Positions 17,025-26,750 are shown, counted from the stretch's first letter. The stretch is DNA of 36,214 nucleotides from a virus (IMGVR_UViG_3300042366_000091:1-36214), one strand, 5' to 3'. Made by a program: numbers and translations. Notes: a model not told the origin generated them from the letters alone.

Positions 17025-17354
17025 TCACGAACCGTCGCCTGGAGTCACGTAGACAACAGATGTGCTGGCGCTTGTGATACCAGTAAAGTAGGCGTTAGGG
17101 ACAAATGTGAGAATCTCATCTGTTCCCGGCAAAAGAGGGATAGAGCTAGCACTGCTGGTCACAATCACTGCGTTTGCAGTAGCTGCCGTATTGCTAGCAC
17201 CTAACCCCATAAACACGGTCACAAGACCTGCGTTGATAACCCTGTACTGGTTGCCACCAAGAGTGCTGGAGACTGCCTGTACGGGCGTAGGAGCAGTAGT
17301 AGCAGCGGTAAAGACTACCGTGTTACCACTAGGGGTGAAAGGAGCGTTGACCAT
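17025..17354 (-). CDS. Beta-rich putative virion protein, paralog of 8160-8501
   Basis: Shared terminal motifs. Confidence 0.75.
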   Translation of the reverse strand: MVNAPFTPSGNTVVFTAATTAPTPVQAVSSTLGGNQYRVINAGLVTVFMGLGASNTAATANAVIVTSSASSIPLLPGTDEILTFVPNAYFTGITSASTSVVYVTPGDGS

Positions 17355-17356
17355 GT

Positions 17357-17680
17357 TTATGCAACCCAGGGCAAGGGAGGCGTAACCACCGGAGGATTGA
17401 TCTGGTTGTTGATCTGCTGCTGCACAGCGGCTTCTGTGGCTGCTTGATCCACGCCGTTAGCCCAAATCCAGCCAAGCACTTGGTCTTGAGTAAGGTCAGC
17501 GTAGGGAGTAAATGCAGAGCCGCTTGGAGCAGGTACAGAGCAGGTCGAGTACACAGAGGCGTTGTATGTGCCGTCAGTGCCAGCGCACTGCCAGCCAACC
17601 TGAAACACCACGTCAGCCTGTCCGTCTGCGTGCGGATAGCACTGCATCCACTGAACTTCCCAAGTTATTGTTACGCTCAT
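17357..17680 (-). CDS. Tail-fibre-associated protein (DVVFQVGW...FTPYADLTQDQVLGW...LPW)
   Basis: Family normally found directly after tail fibre genes. Confidence 0.8.
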   Translation of the reverse strand: MSVTITWEVQWMQCYPHADGQADVVFQVGWQCAGTDGTYNASVYSTCSVPAPSGSAFTPYADLTQDQVLGWIWANGVDQAATEAAVQQQINNQINPPVVTPPLPWVA

Positions 17681-17690
17681 GATCTACCTT

Positions 17691-18182
17691 TCAAATTTTG
17701 GCGTGTGCGCCGTGGTACAGAACTCTTGCTTCGTCAGCAACCAAACAAGCTAACTCGAAGTCTTCATACAAACCAAGATATTTTGTTTTGGCGTTAAAGA
17801 CAATTTGGCACATCCATTTCTTTGCGGCTTTATGCCAAGTAACGCCTTTGTGTCCGCTGGTGTTTTTTATGTTGCGTTTTGAGTTGCAAGCATTCAAAGA
17901 TTTATTTGATGCTCTTAGATTATAAATTTGGTTGTTGGCTGAGTTTCCATCAATGTGGTCAACAACTTCTGGGATATAACCCTTGTGCATCAAAAACACT
18001 AATTGGTGAACGTAAAACCTCTTTTGATTGATGGTTACTTTTTTGTAACCATGACCTGAAGGCGTACCTGCTTCCATGTCGCCTTTAGCCTTTCGGCTGT
18101 TCTTGTGGCGTTCTTTCCAATACAGCACACCATCCCTGTACTCAAACAGGCGATGTGCCTCTTCTTGTGTCAGGGTGGTCAT
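17691..18182 (-). CDS. HNH homing endonuclease with AP2 domain
   Basis: HQLVF...VDHIDGNSANNQIYNLR (HNH_3); NTSGHKGVTW...YLGLY (AP2); AT-rich. Confidence 0.92.
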   Translation of the reverse strand: MTTLTQEEAHRLFEYRDGVLYWKERHKNSRKAKGDMEAGTPSGHGYKKVTINQKRFYVHQLVFLMHKGYIPEVVDHIDGNSANNQIYNLRASNKSLNACNSKRNIKNTSGHKGVTWHKAAKKWMCQIVFNAKTKYLGLYEDFELACLVADEARVLYHGAHAKI

Positions 18183-18185
18183 GGT

Positions 18186-20138
18186 TTAGGCTCCTTTGAG
18201 TGCGGCCAATTCGGCCTTGGTTGCGTCGAGATCGGCTTTGAGTTCTTGAATTGCTTTGACAAGCACGGGGATGAGGTCAGCGCGAACAGCCTTGTAAGGT
18301 TCCTCGCCTTCTGGTGCAGGGTCTTTCCACTCATCAATAAGGTCGGGGAACACTTGCTCAAACTCTTGAGCGATAAATCCACGAGCGTTTTTAATGTCAG
18401 CGCCTTTGCCCTTTTTCCAGTCATACAAACGTGGCTTGAGCGCCATGATTTTTTCAAGACCAACATCAAGGTCACGAACGTTTTCTTTAAAACGAATGTC
18501 AGAAATGGCGCTGATGGTGGTTGTTGTGGCGCTGATTGTGCCGTTGTACCCCACATAAAAACGATACGCTGCCGCTCCGGTTGAATAAAGGCTATATGTG
18601 ACATCAGCACCAGAAGTTGATGAGCCAACAGTGCCCATAAACGGGGCTGCTGCATCTGGTCGAATCTTGTGCCCAACGCCAGAAGTTACAGAAGAACTTG
18701 TAGCCTGCACCAGCAAGTTACCGCTGGAGTCGATACGGGCGCGCTCGGTGTAGGACTCAGAGCCAACTGCTCCGGTGTAGGTGTAGGCTGCGATGCCTCC
18801 ACCGCCCAAACCACCAAACAGGCCACCGCCGCCAGAGTTGGTGTGGGCAATCTGAACACCGCCACCGGTTGCATAGGCAGCAACAATATTTGCGCTACCG
18901 CTTGTAGGTGTACTAGTCGTTCCAACCAGCAGATTTCCTCCCGCCGTCAGCGTCATTGCCTGAATGAAGGTGATGGGGTCGTTTGCTGTGCCGGAGGCTG
19001 CTGTAGACCAAACGTGCTGGCCTTGGAATTGGTAGTAGTGCGATGCCTGAACCCCTGTGCTAGCGTACTTAAAACCGGCGTTGAAATAGGCATTGGCTAT
19101 GGAATAAATGCTTCCTGTGCCGTTCCAAATGCCATACCCAGTCCCAGCAACTTCAATTGCTCTGCCTTGGCTCCACGCACTAGGCGTCACCCCCAGGCCC
19201 AGGTTGCCGGAGGAGTCGAGGGTGGCACGGATTGCGCTGTTGGTGACCAGATATAGCGGATTGGCCGCGAACGTACCAGCAAAAGCAGAATATGCCGCGC
19301 TTCCGGTCAGAGTTTGACCTGCTGTTGAGCCTTCAATGCCTGTGTAAAAGTCGCCAGATGTGTTGGTCAAAGCCGTTTGAGCGCGGCCAGTGGTAATGCC
19401 ACTTGTGCGGAAAACCAAGTTGTAACCCGTCGCCGCAGACGCACCAGAGTTAATTGTCCCTTTAACATCCAACTTGTACGCAGGCAAACTCTCCCCTATA
19501 CCCAGCCCTGTGCTGGTCAGGCGCATTTGTTCGGAGCCGTTCAACTCAAGCGTGATGTAGCCATTAGATTTAGAAGCAGCCAAGGTAACTTGGTCTGTCA
19601 GCGAATACAGTTGCCCCACCAAATTTGTCTGGGTTGTGCTGCCCTGATAGAGAGTTAGCTGAGCAATACCGCCAGTACCGCCGTTCAGGCTCATCTGGCC
19701 TCTATATGCAACATTGGTCGCGTTAAGAGTTTGCGTAGACCCATCAAACGTCAGCGCAGACCCAGTGGTTAGGACTTTGCTGCCGTTGAGGTAGGCCACG
19801 CCGTTGACCGTACCGTAAGACAGTGTTTCGCTACCAGTGACGATGCTTGTTGCTACGTTTGCAGTAGTGACATTGGCAGTCGTAGCAATCACTGTGGTTG
19901 CGTTGACTGTGGTTGCGTTGACTGTCGTTACGTTTGCTGTAGTCACCGTCACGTTCGTGATAGTCACATTACCGCTAGAAATGGTCACGTTCGCCAACGT
20001 CATGTTGTTGAGCGTAGTGACGGTGTTGCCTAGCTGGATAGCAGTGTTGCCCAGCGTGATGGTTGTGTTGAAGTTGTCGTCCAACTGGGACAACGGGATA
20101 GCGCTTGTTGCAGCACTGAAAGAATACGGGACTGTCAT
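18186..20138 (-). CDS. Tail fibre with C-terminal peptidase S74 intramolecular chaperone
   Basis: LSQLDDNF N-terminus, R.DSSGNL repeats, SDIRFKENVRDL...GFIAQE...LVKAIQEL. Confidence 0.92.
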   Translation of the reverse strand: MTVPYSFSAATSAIPLSQLDDNFNTTITLGNTAIQLGNTVTTLNNMTLANVTISSGNVTITNVTVTTANVTTVNATTVNATTVIATTANVTTANVATSIVTGSETLSYGTVNGVAYLNGSKVLTTGSALTFDGSTQTLNATNVAYRGQMSLNGGTGGIAQLTLYQGSTTQTNLVGQLYSLTDQVTLAASKSNGYITLELNGSEQMRLTSTGLGIGESLPAYKLDVKGTINSGASAATGYNLVFRTSGITTGRAQTALTNTSGDFYTGIEGSTAGQTLTGSAAYSAFAGTFAANPLYLVTNSAIRATLDSSGNLGLGVTPSAWSQGRAIEVAGTGYGIWNGTGSIYSIANAYFNAGFKYASTGVQASHYYQFQGQHVWSTAASGTANDPITFIQAMTLTAGGNLLVGTTSTPTSGSANIVAAYATGGGVQIAHTNSGGGGLFGGLGGGGIAAYTYTGAVGSESYTERARIDSSGNLLVQATSSSVTSGVGHKIRPDAAAPFMGTVGSSTSGADVTYSLYSTGAAAYRFYVGYNGTISATTTTISAISDIRFKENVRDLDVGLEKIMALKPRLYDWKKGKGADIKNARGFIAQEFEQVFPDLIDEWKDPAPEGEEPYKAVRADLIPVLVKAIQELKADLDATKAELAALKGA

Positions 20139-20139
20139 A

Positions 20140-22356
20140 TTAGAACCTCACTCTTAATTCATGTTCCATCTCAAACGTGCTGACCACAAAGTTAGGGTCA
20201 GAGCTTTCCAAAGTCAGACCTAAATACTTTCCGTATTGTTGTGCATCTGACTTGTAAAGGAAATAGGTATTTGTCGTCGTCCACCCTATCACAACACTGC
20301 TGTTGTTGATCCACGGTATGACCTGACTAGAGTTGTTGATCCACTGGGCAAAGTTGTTGAGCGTGTACGGAGGGCTAGAACCTTCCTCGCTGTCCACAGT
20401 GATAGTGAATGTAGCGCCCTGCGCAAGAATTGCCTCTACACCAAACTTCAAAGCCTGCTTAGTGCGGATGGTGTCCTGCATGGGGCTAAGCGCAGTCTGG
20501 ATCATGCTGTTGATGGTTGCCGTACTGCTGTTGTAGAGCTTGTAGAAGTCCTTGTCATCTACCCCGTAGAGGTTGATAAGACCAGCAACAGGCAAAGACG
20601 TAATCAGATCAAGCGCACCTTGGCTAGTCAGGAACCACTTCTTGTCAAAAAACACTGCCTGCAACTGCCGTGGACTCTCTCCAGCGGGGGCGTAGGTGAA
20701 GTTGAAGGCTGCACACAGAATGTTGTTGAGCAGAACCTGACCACCTGTGACCGGCAAAGAGAAATCAATGCTTGTGAAGATGCCGTCTAGCGGGTCTGAC
20801 AACTTGCTTGTGGTTGATCCAACTAGGGCATACACCCCATAGTCGTTCATAAACAAGACAGAGCGGAAGTACGGGAAGATGGCTTTGATACGTCTAGTAC
20901 CTACGCTAGCACTGACGTTGGTGTTCGTGAACAACGTACTGCCAGTACTAGTAACACGAAGGTCAGAGAAGACGTTGATGCTGTCGTCACCAAAAATGTA
21001 GAGGAAGTTGTTGGCAGACACAATCGCACGGATGTTGCCATGCAGCGTTGAATCTGTAAGCGTAAAGCTCCCGGCGCTAACGCTTGTGAAATCGCTGTAA
21101 GAGCCAGCAGCGGTATAGAAGACAGTACGCCCTGCCGCCACCCATACGCGGCCTGAGAACGTAGCTACGTCTACTATGTCGTTGAGGTTTACAGATGCTA
21201 CGGCAGTAGCCGCGTTTGTAGCTCCACCACCTGTGATGGCGACAGTCGTGTTTGCCAAGTATCCGCTGCCAGGATTGGTCATGATGACCTGGGTGACCTG
21301 ACCGCCAGAAATGATGGCAGTACCTGCTGCGTTTGAGCCAGCGCCGGAAATAGTGACAACAGTGTTGGCTGCGTTGATGTAACCAGACCCACCGTTGGTG
21401 ATGGTTACGGCAACCGTGCCTGTTCTAAACGTGTTAAAGCTAGCAATAGCAGTGGCATTTGTGCCGCTAGGAGGCGCTGCTATCGTGACAGTTGGACTTG
21501 CTGTGTAGCCAGTACCAGCGTTTGTCAGCGTAATGCTGTTGACCTGACCTGTAGCGATGACTGCGTTTGCCGTGGCAGCGCCGCTAGAGAAAGTAACGCT
21601 TGGTATGGTGGTGTAGCCGCTACCTGCGTTTGACACGGTAACAGCTACAACAACACCACTGGAGATGGTTGCGAAAGCCTGAGCCTGTGTTCCTCCTGTT
21701 TGGTCAGGAGCGCCAATAATGACGTTGGGAACAAAGGTGTAGCCAGAGCCACCGGAGGTAATGTTGATGCTAGCAATGCCGCCAGAGCCTGTGCTGATGG
21801 TGGACACTGCTGTAGCCTGCACACCGTTGGCATCGTTAGGCGCAGAAATTGTGACGGCAGGTGCGCTGACGTATCCTGAGCCTGGGTTGGTAATGCCGAT
21901 AGTGCCGACAGAACCAATGCTTACAAGATTGGCTCCGTCCCAGTTGAACAAGCCTTTGCTGGGGTCACCAATGATGATGCGCTCATCGTTGTACTGAGCG
22001 GTGGTTACGTTTGCGTTTGAAAACGTACCGGCAGAAGCTACGTTGCCTTTGCTGCTGCTGGTGATGTTGACGAACTCTGCTCTACCGTTGTCTTCAAAAG
22101 AAAGAAGGAAGTCACTACCATTGAGGTTGGCAGATTCAAGCGCAGTAACAGTGTTGGCGGCTGCGATGTTTGCACCAGCGCCGGTAGTGACTTTTGTTTG
22201 TGCTTTGACAATCTTGATGTTGCCAAAACCAACAGGCATAGCGTTCTCAATCCACGAGAACTCTGCCTCTTCGATTGCTGTCCTGTTGGCCTTTGTGTTT
22301 AGACCCTTGAAATTCTTGATGACAGCATAGGACTTTTTTTGCTCTGCTGCTGCCAT
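20140..22356 (-). CDS. Tail nozzle/tubular protein B-like with inserted GSGY repeats
   Basis: FKGLNT N-terminus, GRVWVA propeller-type motif, position between adaptor and fibre. Confidence 0.7.
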   Translation of the reverse strand: MAAAEQKKSYAVIKNFKGLNTKANRTAIEEAEFSWIENAMPVGFGNIKIVKAQTKVTTGAGANIAAANTVTALESANLNGSDFLLSFEDNGRAEFVNITSSSKGNVASAGTFSNANVTTAQYNDERIIIGDPSKGLFNWDGANLVSIGSVGTIGITNPGSGYVSAPAVTISAPNDANGVQATAVSTISTGSGGIASINITSGGSGYTFVPNVIIGAPDQTGGTQAQAFATISSGVVVAVTVSNAGSGYTTIPSVTFSSGAATANAVIATGQVNSITLTNAGTGYTASPTVTIAAPPSGTNATAIASFNTFRTGTVAVTITNGGSGYINAANTVVTISGAGSNAAGTAIISGGQVTQVIMTNPGSGYLANTTVAITGGGATNAATAVASVNLNDIVDVATFSGRVWVAAGRTVFYTAAGSYSDFTSVSAGSFTLTDSTLHGNIRAIVSANNFLYIFGDDSINVFSDLRVTSTGSTLFTNTNVSASVGTRRIKAIFPYFRSVLFMNDYGVYALVGSTTSKLSDPLDGIFTSIDFSLPVTGGQVLLNNILCAAFNFTYAPAGESPRQLQAVFFDKKWFLTSQGALDLITSLPVAGLINLYGVDDKDFYKLYNSSTATINSMIQTALSPMQDTIRTKQALKFGVEAILAQGATFTITVDSEEGSSPPYTLNNFAQWINNSSQVIPWINNSSVVIGWTTTNTYFLYKSDAQQYGKYLGLTLESSDPNFVVSTFEMEHELRVRF

Positions 22357-22358
22357 GA

Positions 22359-23204
22359 TTAGTAGGGGTTAGAGTAAGGGTCCGGGATACGTCGCGTGTA
22401 CGTGCTGTTCAAAGCAGCCTGTACGTTCTTGGCGTATTCCTGCTTGTAAATCTCAGCCTCACCATAGCTCTGCTCTTTGTACTTTGCTTTGTACGCAGCA
22501 TAGAAAGCTACAGGCGTTGTGTAGGGGTCCACAATCTGATCTACCTGAGTGGTGGCAGACAAAGACAGTGGTTGCGGAAGAATCACCGTGTCAATCTCAC
22601 ACGGATAGGATTGATCTGGCACTGGGCCAATGTAGATTTGACCTTGCCCGTACATGCTAAAACACACGGGCCTTCCAACGTAGTTTTGCCAATAGCGCAA
22701 CTGAGCGTTGAAGTTTGACCAGGGCAAGTAGCGCAGAGGAATGCGACTGTTGCCCCAGTAAATGTTGACGTTCAGAACGTCTAGCGTCTGAATGCCGTTT
22801 GGCAGCGCAGCAAGGTTGATTACCTCGCAGGGGCTGTCGTATTGAAGGGTGGCGGTTCCGTCTGCAAACGGCGTAGCAGGCGGGTAGATGTAGTTGGCGT
22901 TAGGATACGGAGGAGCAGTAGTACCAAGCACACCGCCATTAGTGACTTGGTAGATGAAAATGTTGTTGAATACAAAATCACCAGTGCTTACTGCTAAACC
23001 CTCTGACCACACTGTAGCGGCTACACCTGTAGACGACAGTGGGGTAGAGGTGATTTGAAGATTACGTAGACAGCCAGTATCTCTTACCGTGCGCTCTCGT
23101 GCCGCATTGATGTCGTCTGTCAGTTCATTGTCTGACCAGAAGACACCGTTGGCATCGTGCAAGAGCCTACGGACTTCCGTAAGGTAGGAAGCAAGAGTAG
23201 CCAT
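22359..23204 (-). CDS. Head-tail adaptor (tubular protein A-like)
   Basis: TL..YLTEVRRLLHD...ELTDDIN.AR; IYIGPVPD; position. Confidence 0.75.
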   Translation of the reverse strand: MATLASYLTEVRRLLHDANGVFWSDNELTDDINAARERTVRDTGCLRNLQITSTPLSSTGVAATVWSEGLAVSTGDFVFNNIFIYQVTNGGVLGTTAPPYPNANYIYPPATPFADGTATLQYDSPCEVINLAALPNGIQTLDVLNVNIYWGNSRIPLRYLPWSNFNAQLRYWQNYVGRPVCFSMYGQGQIYIGPVPDQSYPCEIDTVILPQPLSLSATTQVDQIVDPYTTPVAFYAAYKAKYKEQSYGEAEIYKQEYAKNVQAALNSTYTRRIPDPYSNPY

Positions 23205-23219
23205 CGACGTTCCATTTTT

Positions 23220-23564
23220 TTACGCAACCCGCTGGCGAGTGCTTCCCCCGGCACGTTTTTCAACATGCAGGGGTACTACACCGACCGCCGAGGGTAACGA
23301 GCGGTTCTCTTCAACGAAAGGCTCATCAGACATGATGAACTGAGAAAGCCTTTCCATTCCTTGTTCTAGTTCAGAGTGGAGCCGTATCCAACCCAGACGG
23401 GCAAGATACGGTTCCTTGTTGACATCGCCATGACCAAAAATATGCCGAGCGGCTTCTGCCGAAATCTGCACAGATTTTCCAATTGGGAAATCGTAGTTCT
23501 TGTAAGCATAGACAAAAGACAATGCTTTGTCACTACGATTGGTCACATAAACGAAGTCTGTCAT
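23220..23564 (-). CDS. Hypothetical protein
   Basis: ATGA coupling within the structural operon. Confidence 0.75.
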   Translation of the reverse strand: MTDFVYVTNRSDKALSFVYAYKNYDFPIGKSVQISAEAARHIFGHGDVNKEPYLARLGWIRLHSELEQGMERLSQFIMSDEPFVEENRSLPSAVGVVPLHVEKRAGGSTRQRVA

Positions 23565-23974
23565 AGCGTCACAACGTCACCGTAAACCGTGATGTCAACC
23601 GCATTGTTTGCTGCGGCTGCTGTGCCAACGTACACGTACAAAGAGCCAGTGTAGACCGTAGACGCTGCTGTCGTTGAAAGCGGCAAGTCTTGGAATTTCG
23701 TGGCTGCGGTAACGGTAGTCAAGGTGGCTGCGTTGGTTACTGCATTGCTCGTATTCCCATCACTGGTGGTGAGAATCGTCACGTTTGCAGCAGCAACACT
23801 GCCCCTTGCGTTAGCAACGGTAATGCGGCGAACGATGTAGCTACTATTGTTAAACTGAGCCAAAGTGTTGACAGCGTTGCCAGTAGCACCGAGGTAAGTC
23901 GGGCCGCTAGCTTGTGCAACGACAAAATTGCCAAAATGGTCAGGGTACAGAGCGCCTACATGATTCGCGTTCAT
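23561..23974 (-). CDS. Putative capsid decoration/minor structural protein
   Basis: AGGAG SD; Thr/Ala/Val beta-rich; after MCP. Confidence 0.7.
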   Translation of the reverse strand: MNANHVGALYPDHFGNFVVAQASGPTYLGATGNAVNTLAQFNNSSYIVRRITVANARGSVAAANVTILTTSDGNTSNAVTNAATLTTVTAATKFQDLPLSTTAASTVYTGSLYVYVGTAAAANNAVDITVYGDVVTL

Positions 23975-23986
23975 TACCTACTCCTA

Positions 23987-24313
23987 TCAGGTGTTGTACG
24001 TGCCGGACACGTTCAGACCACCATTGGTAGCCAGCAAGGTCACGGTATCGCTAGCCGCAGTGGACTTGGCGTACACGTTTACACCATCAGAGATGATGAC
24101 TCCACCAGTGTTAGCTGCCATCAGCGTAGCATTGGCCGATCCGTTAAAGGCAATCACGCTGGTGTTCGCTTGCGGGAACATCAGGTAAACGCCTGCCGGG
24201 ATGACCGTACCGTTGCCGGTGCTGACAGAAGTTACGGTGGTGGTAAGAAAATACGCACCAGCCGTGTTGGTGGTGGCATTTGCCAGAATGATTTTGTTTG
24301 TAGACAGAGACAT
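23987..24313 (-). CDS. Putative capsid decoration/cement protein
   Basis: AAGGAG SD directly after MCP; beta-rich. Confidence 0.7.
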   Translation of the reverse strand: MSLSTNKIILANATTNTAGAYFLTTTVTSVSTGNGTVIPAGVYLMFPQANTSVIAFNGSANATLMAANTGGVIISDGVNVYAKSTAASDTVTLLATNGGLNVSGTYNT

Positions 24314-24323
24314 TTTCTACTCC

Positions 24324-25325
24324 TTACAGTGAGAGGTAGTTATAGCCGCTGACCACAGACATAGCTTTCGGCTTGACGTTGACAAGTTCTGCAATCATCA
24401 GAACAGCGCCGACGTAACCGATTTGCCAGTTGGGGAGGGTGGACTCAAAGCCCGTAAACACGAACGAACCTTGCTCATGGATGTAGAGCGACAGGTAGTT
24501 GGTGTTTAGGAAGTACACCGTACCTTCTGGGCAGTACGGGTCAGGATAGATCGGCACACCGGCAACCATGAGGGCGCGGAATGCAGCGTGAGGGCCGTTG
24601 GTATCACCGTCAAAGCCGGAGCCTGGGGTGATGACGTACTGCTCTTGACCAACAAAGTCTTGAGCCAGCAGGGTCCAAGTACCAAAACCGCAAACACCAA
24701 ACGAAGGCATCTCAGCGCCGTTCTTCACAGTGCCGGAGATGTATTGCAGGATGTTCTGACGGGTCGGGTTGACGGAACCAGCAGAGTACGATTTCGACTG
24801 CCACCAAGTGTAAGCAGAGCGGCTGATGTTGCCGTAGGTTCCAGAAGAACTCACAGCGGCAGGCAGACCGATAAACTGCTGGGTGTTGGTCGTGTTGTTG
24901 TACAGAGCCGTTGCCATTGCATCCATCATGACGTTAGTCGCGTCATTCATACGCGCTTCGATCAGGGGGATGATGGCTGCGTCTTGCTGAACTGCACCTT
25001 CCATACCTAGGAACGGCACGGGAGAAATCATCAGCTTGAGGTCATACTCAGCGTTGTAAGCGCCCTGCTGGACAGACGGTTGAGCGAACGAGCCGCTGTA
25101 GTCTGACCATTGTGCGTTCACGAACTGAGCGCCCTGGACGGGCACAGTCACGGACGACACACCACCGCTAGCTTGCTGACTGTTAGCAATCAGAGCCGCC
25201 ATCAGCGGGGTCGAGTTATAAAGTTGAACAACCAGCTTGGGGATGAACGCACGCCGAGTGACATAAGTCAGTTCGGTAAACTGCGAACTACCTGTTGCCG
25301 GAAGAATACCGCCACCAATAGGCAT
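24324..25325 (-). CDS. Major capsid protein
   Basis: 333 aa after scaffold; strong SD; biased codons; GVPIYPDPYCP.G.VYFLN HK97-type C-terminal motif. Confidence 0.88.
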   Translation of the reverse strand: MPIGGGILPATGSSQFTELTYVTRRAFIPKLVVQLYNSTPLMAALIANSQQASGGVSSVTVPVQGAQFVNAQWSDYSGSFAQPSVQQGAYNAEYDLKLMISPVPFLGMEGAVQQDAAIIPLIEARMNDATNVMMDAMATALYNNTTNTQQFIGLPAAVSSSGTYGNISRSAYTWWQSKSYSAGSVNPTRQNILQYISGTVKNGAEMPSFGVCGFGTWTLLAQDFVGQEQYVITPGSGFDGDTNGPHAAFRALMVAGVPIYPDPYCPEGTVYFLNTNYLSLYIHEQGSFVFTGFESTLPNWQIGYVGAVLMIAELVNVKPKAMSVVSGYNYLSL

Positions 25326-25354
25326 GGTTCTCTCCTAGAAAAAAATACCCTCTT

Positions 25355-25885
25355 TTACAATCCAATAGGCCGCATAGGTCTACGCAGCTCATTGAGTGCT
25401 TTCACCGCTTCTTCACGAGCGGCAACACCGGGGTTCTTCCAGAACTTGTTCAGGTCAAAATTCTTGACGGCTGAAGGCTGATAACCGGAAGGAGTCGGAA
25501 CTGCTGCTTGCTTCATCCACTGGTGATACTGTGCCGCAGTCTCATGGTCGGCGATTTTTTTCTCCAACATGAGTTTCTCCACGGCATCAATTTCGTCTTC
25601 ATTATCGACTAGACCCTTCTTCACCAAAGACTGGCGGCGCTTGTCGAGCATCTCTTGAGCTTCTTTAGCCTGAAGCTTTGCGCGAATGGCATCGTTTTCT
25701 TTACGCATCTGATCCAGAGCAGAACTTGTTTTTTCTTCAATCTCAAGCTCGGGAATCGGAAGGTTAGGATTAACCTTCTTGGTCATACGCAAGAAGTCTT
25801 TACGAGTCTCGGGGTTGTCTGCAAGGCGCTGAGCCAGTGCAGCCAACTCGTCTCGTGCTTCTGAAGAAAGATTTTCTAGTGACAT
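25355..25885 (-). CDS. Capsid scaffolding protein (putative)
   Basis: Charged coiled-coil directly upstream of MCP. Confidence 0.7.
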   Translation of the reverse strand: MSLENLSSEARDELAALAQRLADNPETRKDFLRMTKKVNPNLPIPELEIEEKTSSALDQMRKENDAIRAKLQAKEAQEMLDKRRQSLVKKGLVDNEDEIDAVEKLMLEKKIADHETAAQYHQWMKQAAVPTPSGYQPSAVKNFDLNKFWKNPGVAAREEAVKALNELRRPMRPIGL

Positions 25886-25906
25886 GATGTACCCTCTTAC
25901 TTAAAT

Positions 25907-26089
25907 TTAGATGACTTTTTTGCCGTCACCGGGCTTCTTCACGGCCATGCCGGTCTTGCCAACTTTGTTGGGACCAGTCAGACCGCCAAGCTCGGCGAAG
26001 CGGGGAGTGTTGGTGACAACACCGTTTTGCTGGTTGTTGTCGGTAGGACGGCGCGGGGCGGCAGAGCCACGGGGCTTGAACAAATCCAT
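25907..26089 (-). CDS. Small basic hypothetical protein
   Basis: AGGAG SD; 60 aa. Confidence 0.75.
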   Translation of the reverse strand: MDLFKPRGSAAPRRPTDNNQQNGVVTNTPRFAELGGLTGPNKVGKTGMAVKKPGDGKKVI

Positions 26090-26101
26090 GATGGACTCCT
26101 G

Positions 26102-26575
26102 TTACATGGGGGTGGGTTGCGGCATACCACCGGCAGGAGGCATACCAGGGACAGGTGCTTGTGCTAGAGCTTTCCCTTCAGGCGTTGCACCACCAGCTTG
26201 AGGGAGAGATTGGAGCATCTGAAGAATTTCAGACTGCTGTAGTTCGTTGACTTGACCTTTGCGTGGGCCAAGCAATTCTGTGAGAGAGCGCAGAGCAGTC
26301 ATTGCCTTCTGCGCCTCTGCTGAATCCGATCCTAAAGCCGGAAGCGATTGCTCCAGCAAGTCCATTGCCATGCCGATGTTAATCATGGCCGCTTCCTTGC
26401 TGCCCATCTTGGGTTCAGGAGTGGACATCGGTGCGGCAATAGGAGGAATCTCATTGTCAGCAGGAGACATAGGAGGACCACCCTCTGGCGGCATCGCTGC
26501 GGGGGCAGGCATAGAAGTACCTGCGGAACGACTTCCTCGCATTAACTCCATCAACTTGTCTGCTGGAACACTCAT
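26102..26575 (-). CDS. Pro/Met-rich hypothetical head-module protein
   Basis: AGGAG SD; 157 aa. Confidence 0.8.
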   Translation of the reverse strand: MSVPADKLMELMRGSRSAGTSMPAPAAMPPEGGPPMSPADNEIPPIAAPMSTPEPKMGSKEAAMINIGMAMDLLEQSLPALGSDSAEAQKAMTALRSLTELLGPRKGQVNELQQSEILQMLQSLPQAGGATPEGKALAQAPVPGMPPAGGMPQPTPM

Positions 26576-26592
26576 AACAACTCCTAATAATC

Positions 26593-26641
26593 TGCGAGAG
26601 GCATTTTATGTCAGCCTCTCAAAGACAAATCCTTACGGATT
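26593..26641 (-). promoter_or_regulatory. GNRA hairpin + H-type pseudoknot, unit 2
   Basis: AATCC-GTAA-GGATT; TGTC/GACA crossed with GAGAGGC/GCCTCTC. Confidence 0.5.
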
Positions 26642-26678
26642 ACTTACGGCCTTTACGACCTTTACGACCTTTACGCAT
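26640..26678 (-). CDS. 12-aa peptide MRKGRKGRKGRK
   Basis: AAGGAG SD 6 nt before ATG; 9-bp tandem repeat CGTAAAGGT. Confidence 0.7.
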   Translation of the reverse strand: MRKGRKGRKGRK

Positions 26679-26699
26679 GATGCGCTCCTTGGTTCAGGC

Positions 26700-26750
26700 G
26701 GCCACTTACTTACAGGGGAAGCAGCCATACCCTATTTCCCTTTCGGGGAA
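26700..26750 (-). promoter_or_regulatory. GNRA hairpin + H-type pseudoknot, unit 1
   Basis: CCC-GAAA-GGG; ATAGGG/CCCTGT crossed with GGCTGCTT/AAGTGGCC. Confidence 0.55.

Noticed and set aside
18179-18676. 165-aa alternative-frame ORF over the tail-fibre end
   Set aside because: The S74 domain is in the main frame; no motif or slippery site recognised.
26640-26678. 9-bp repeat as a non-coding microsatellite or iteron
   Set aside because: Exactly bounded by SD, ATG and TAA, and varies only synonymously, so better read as a peptide gene.
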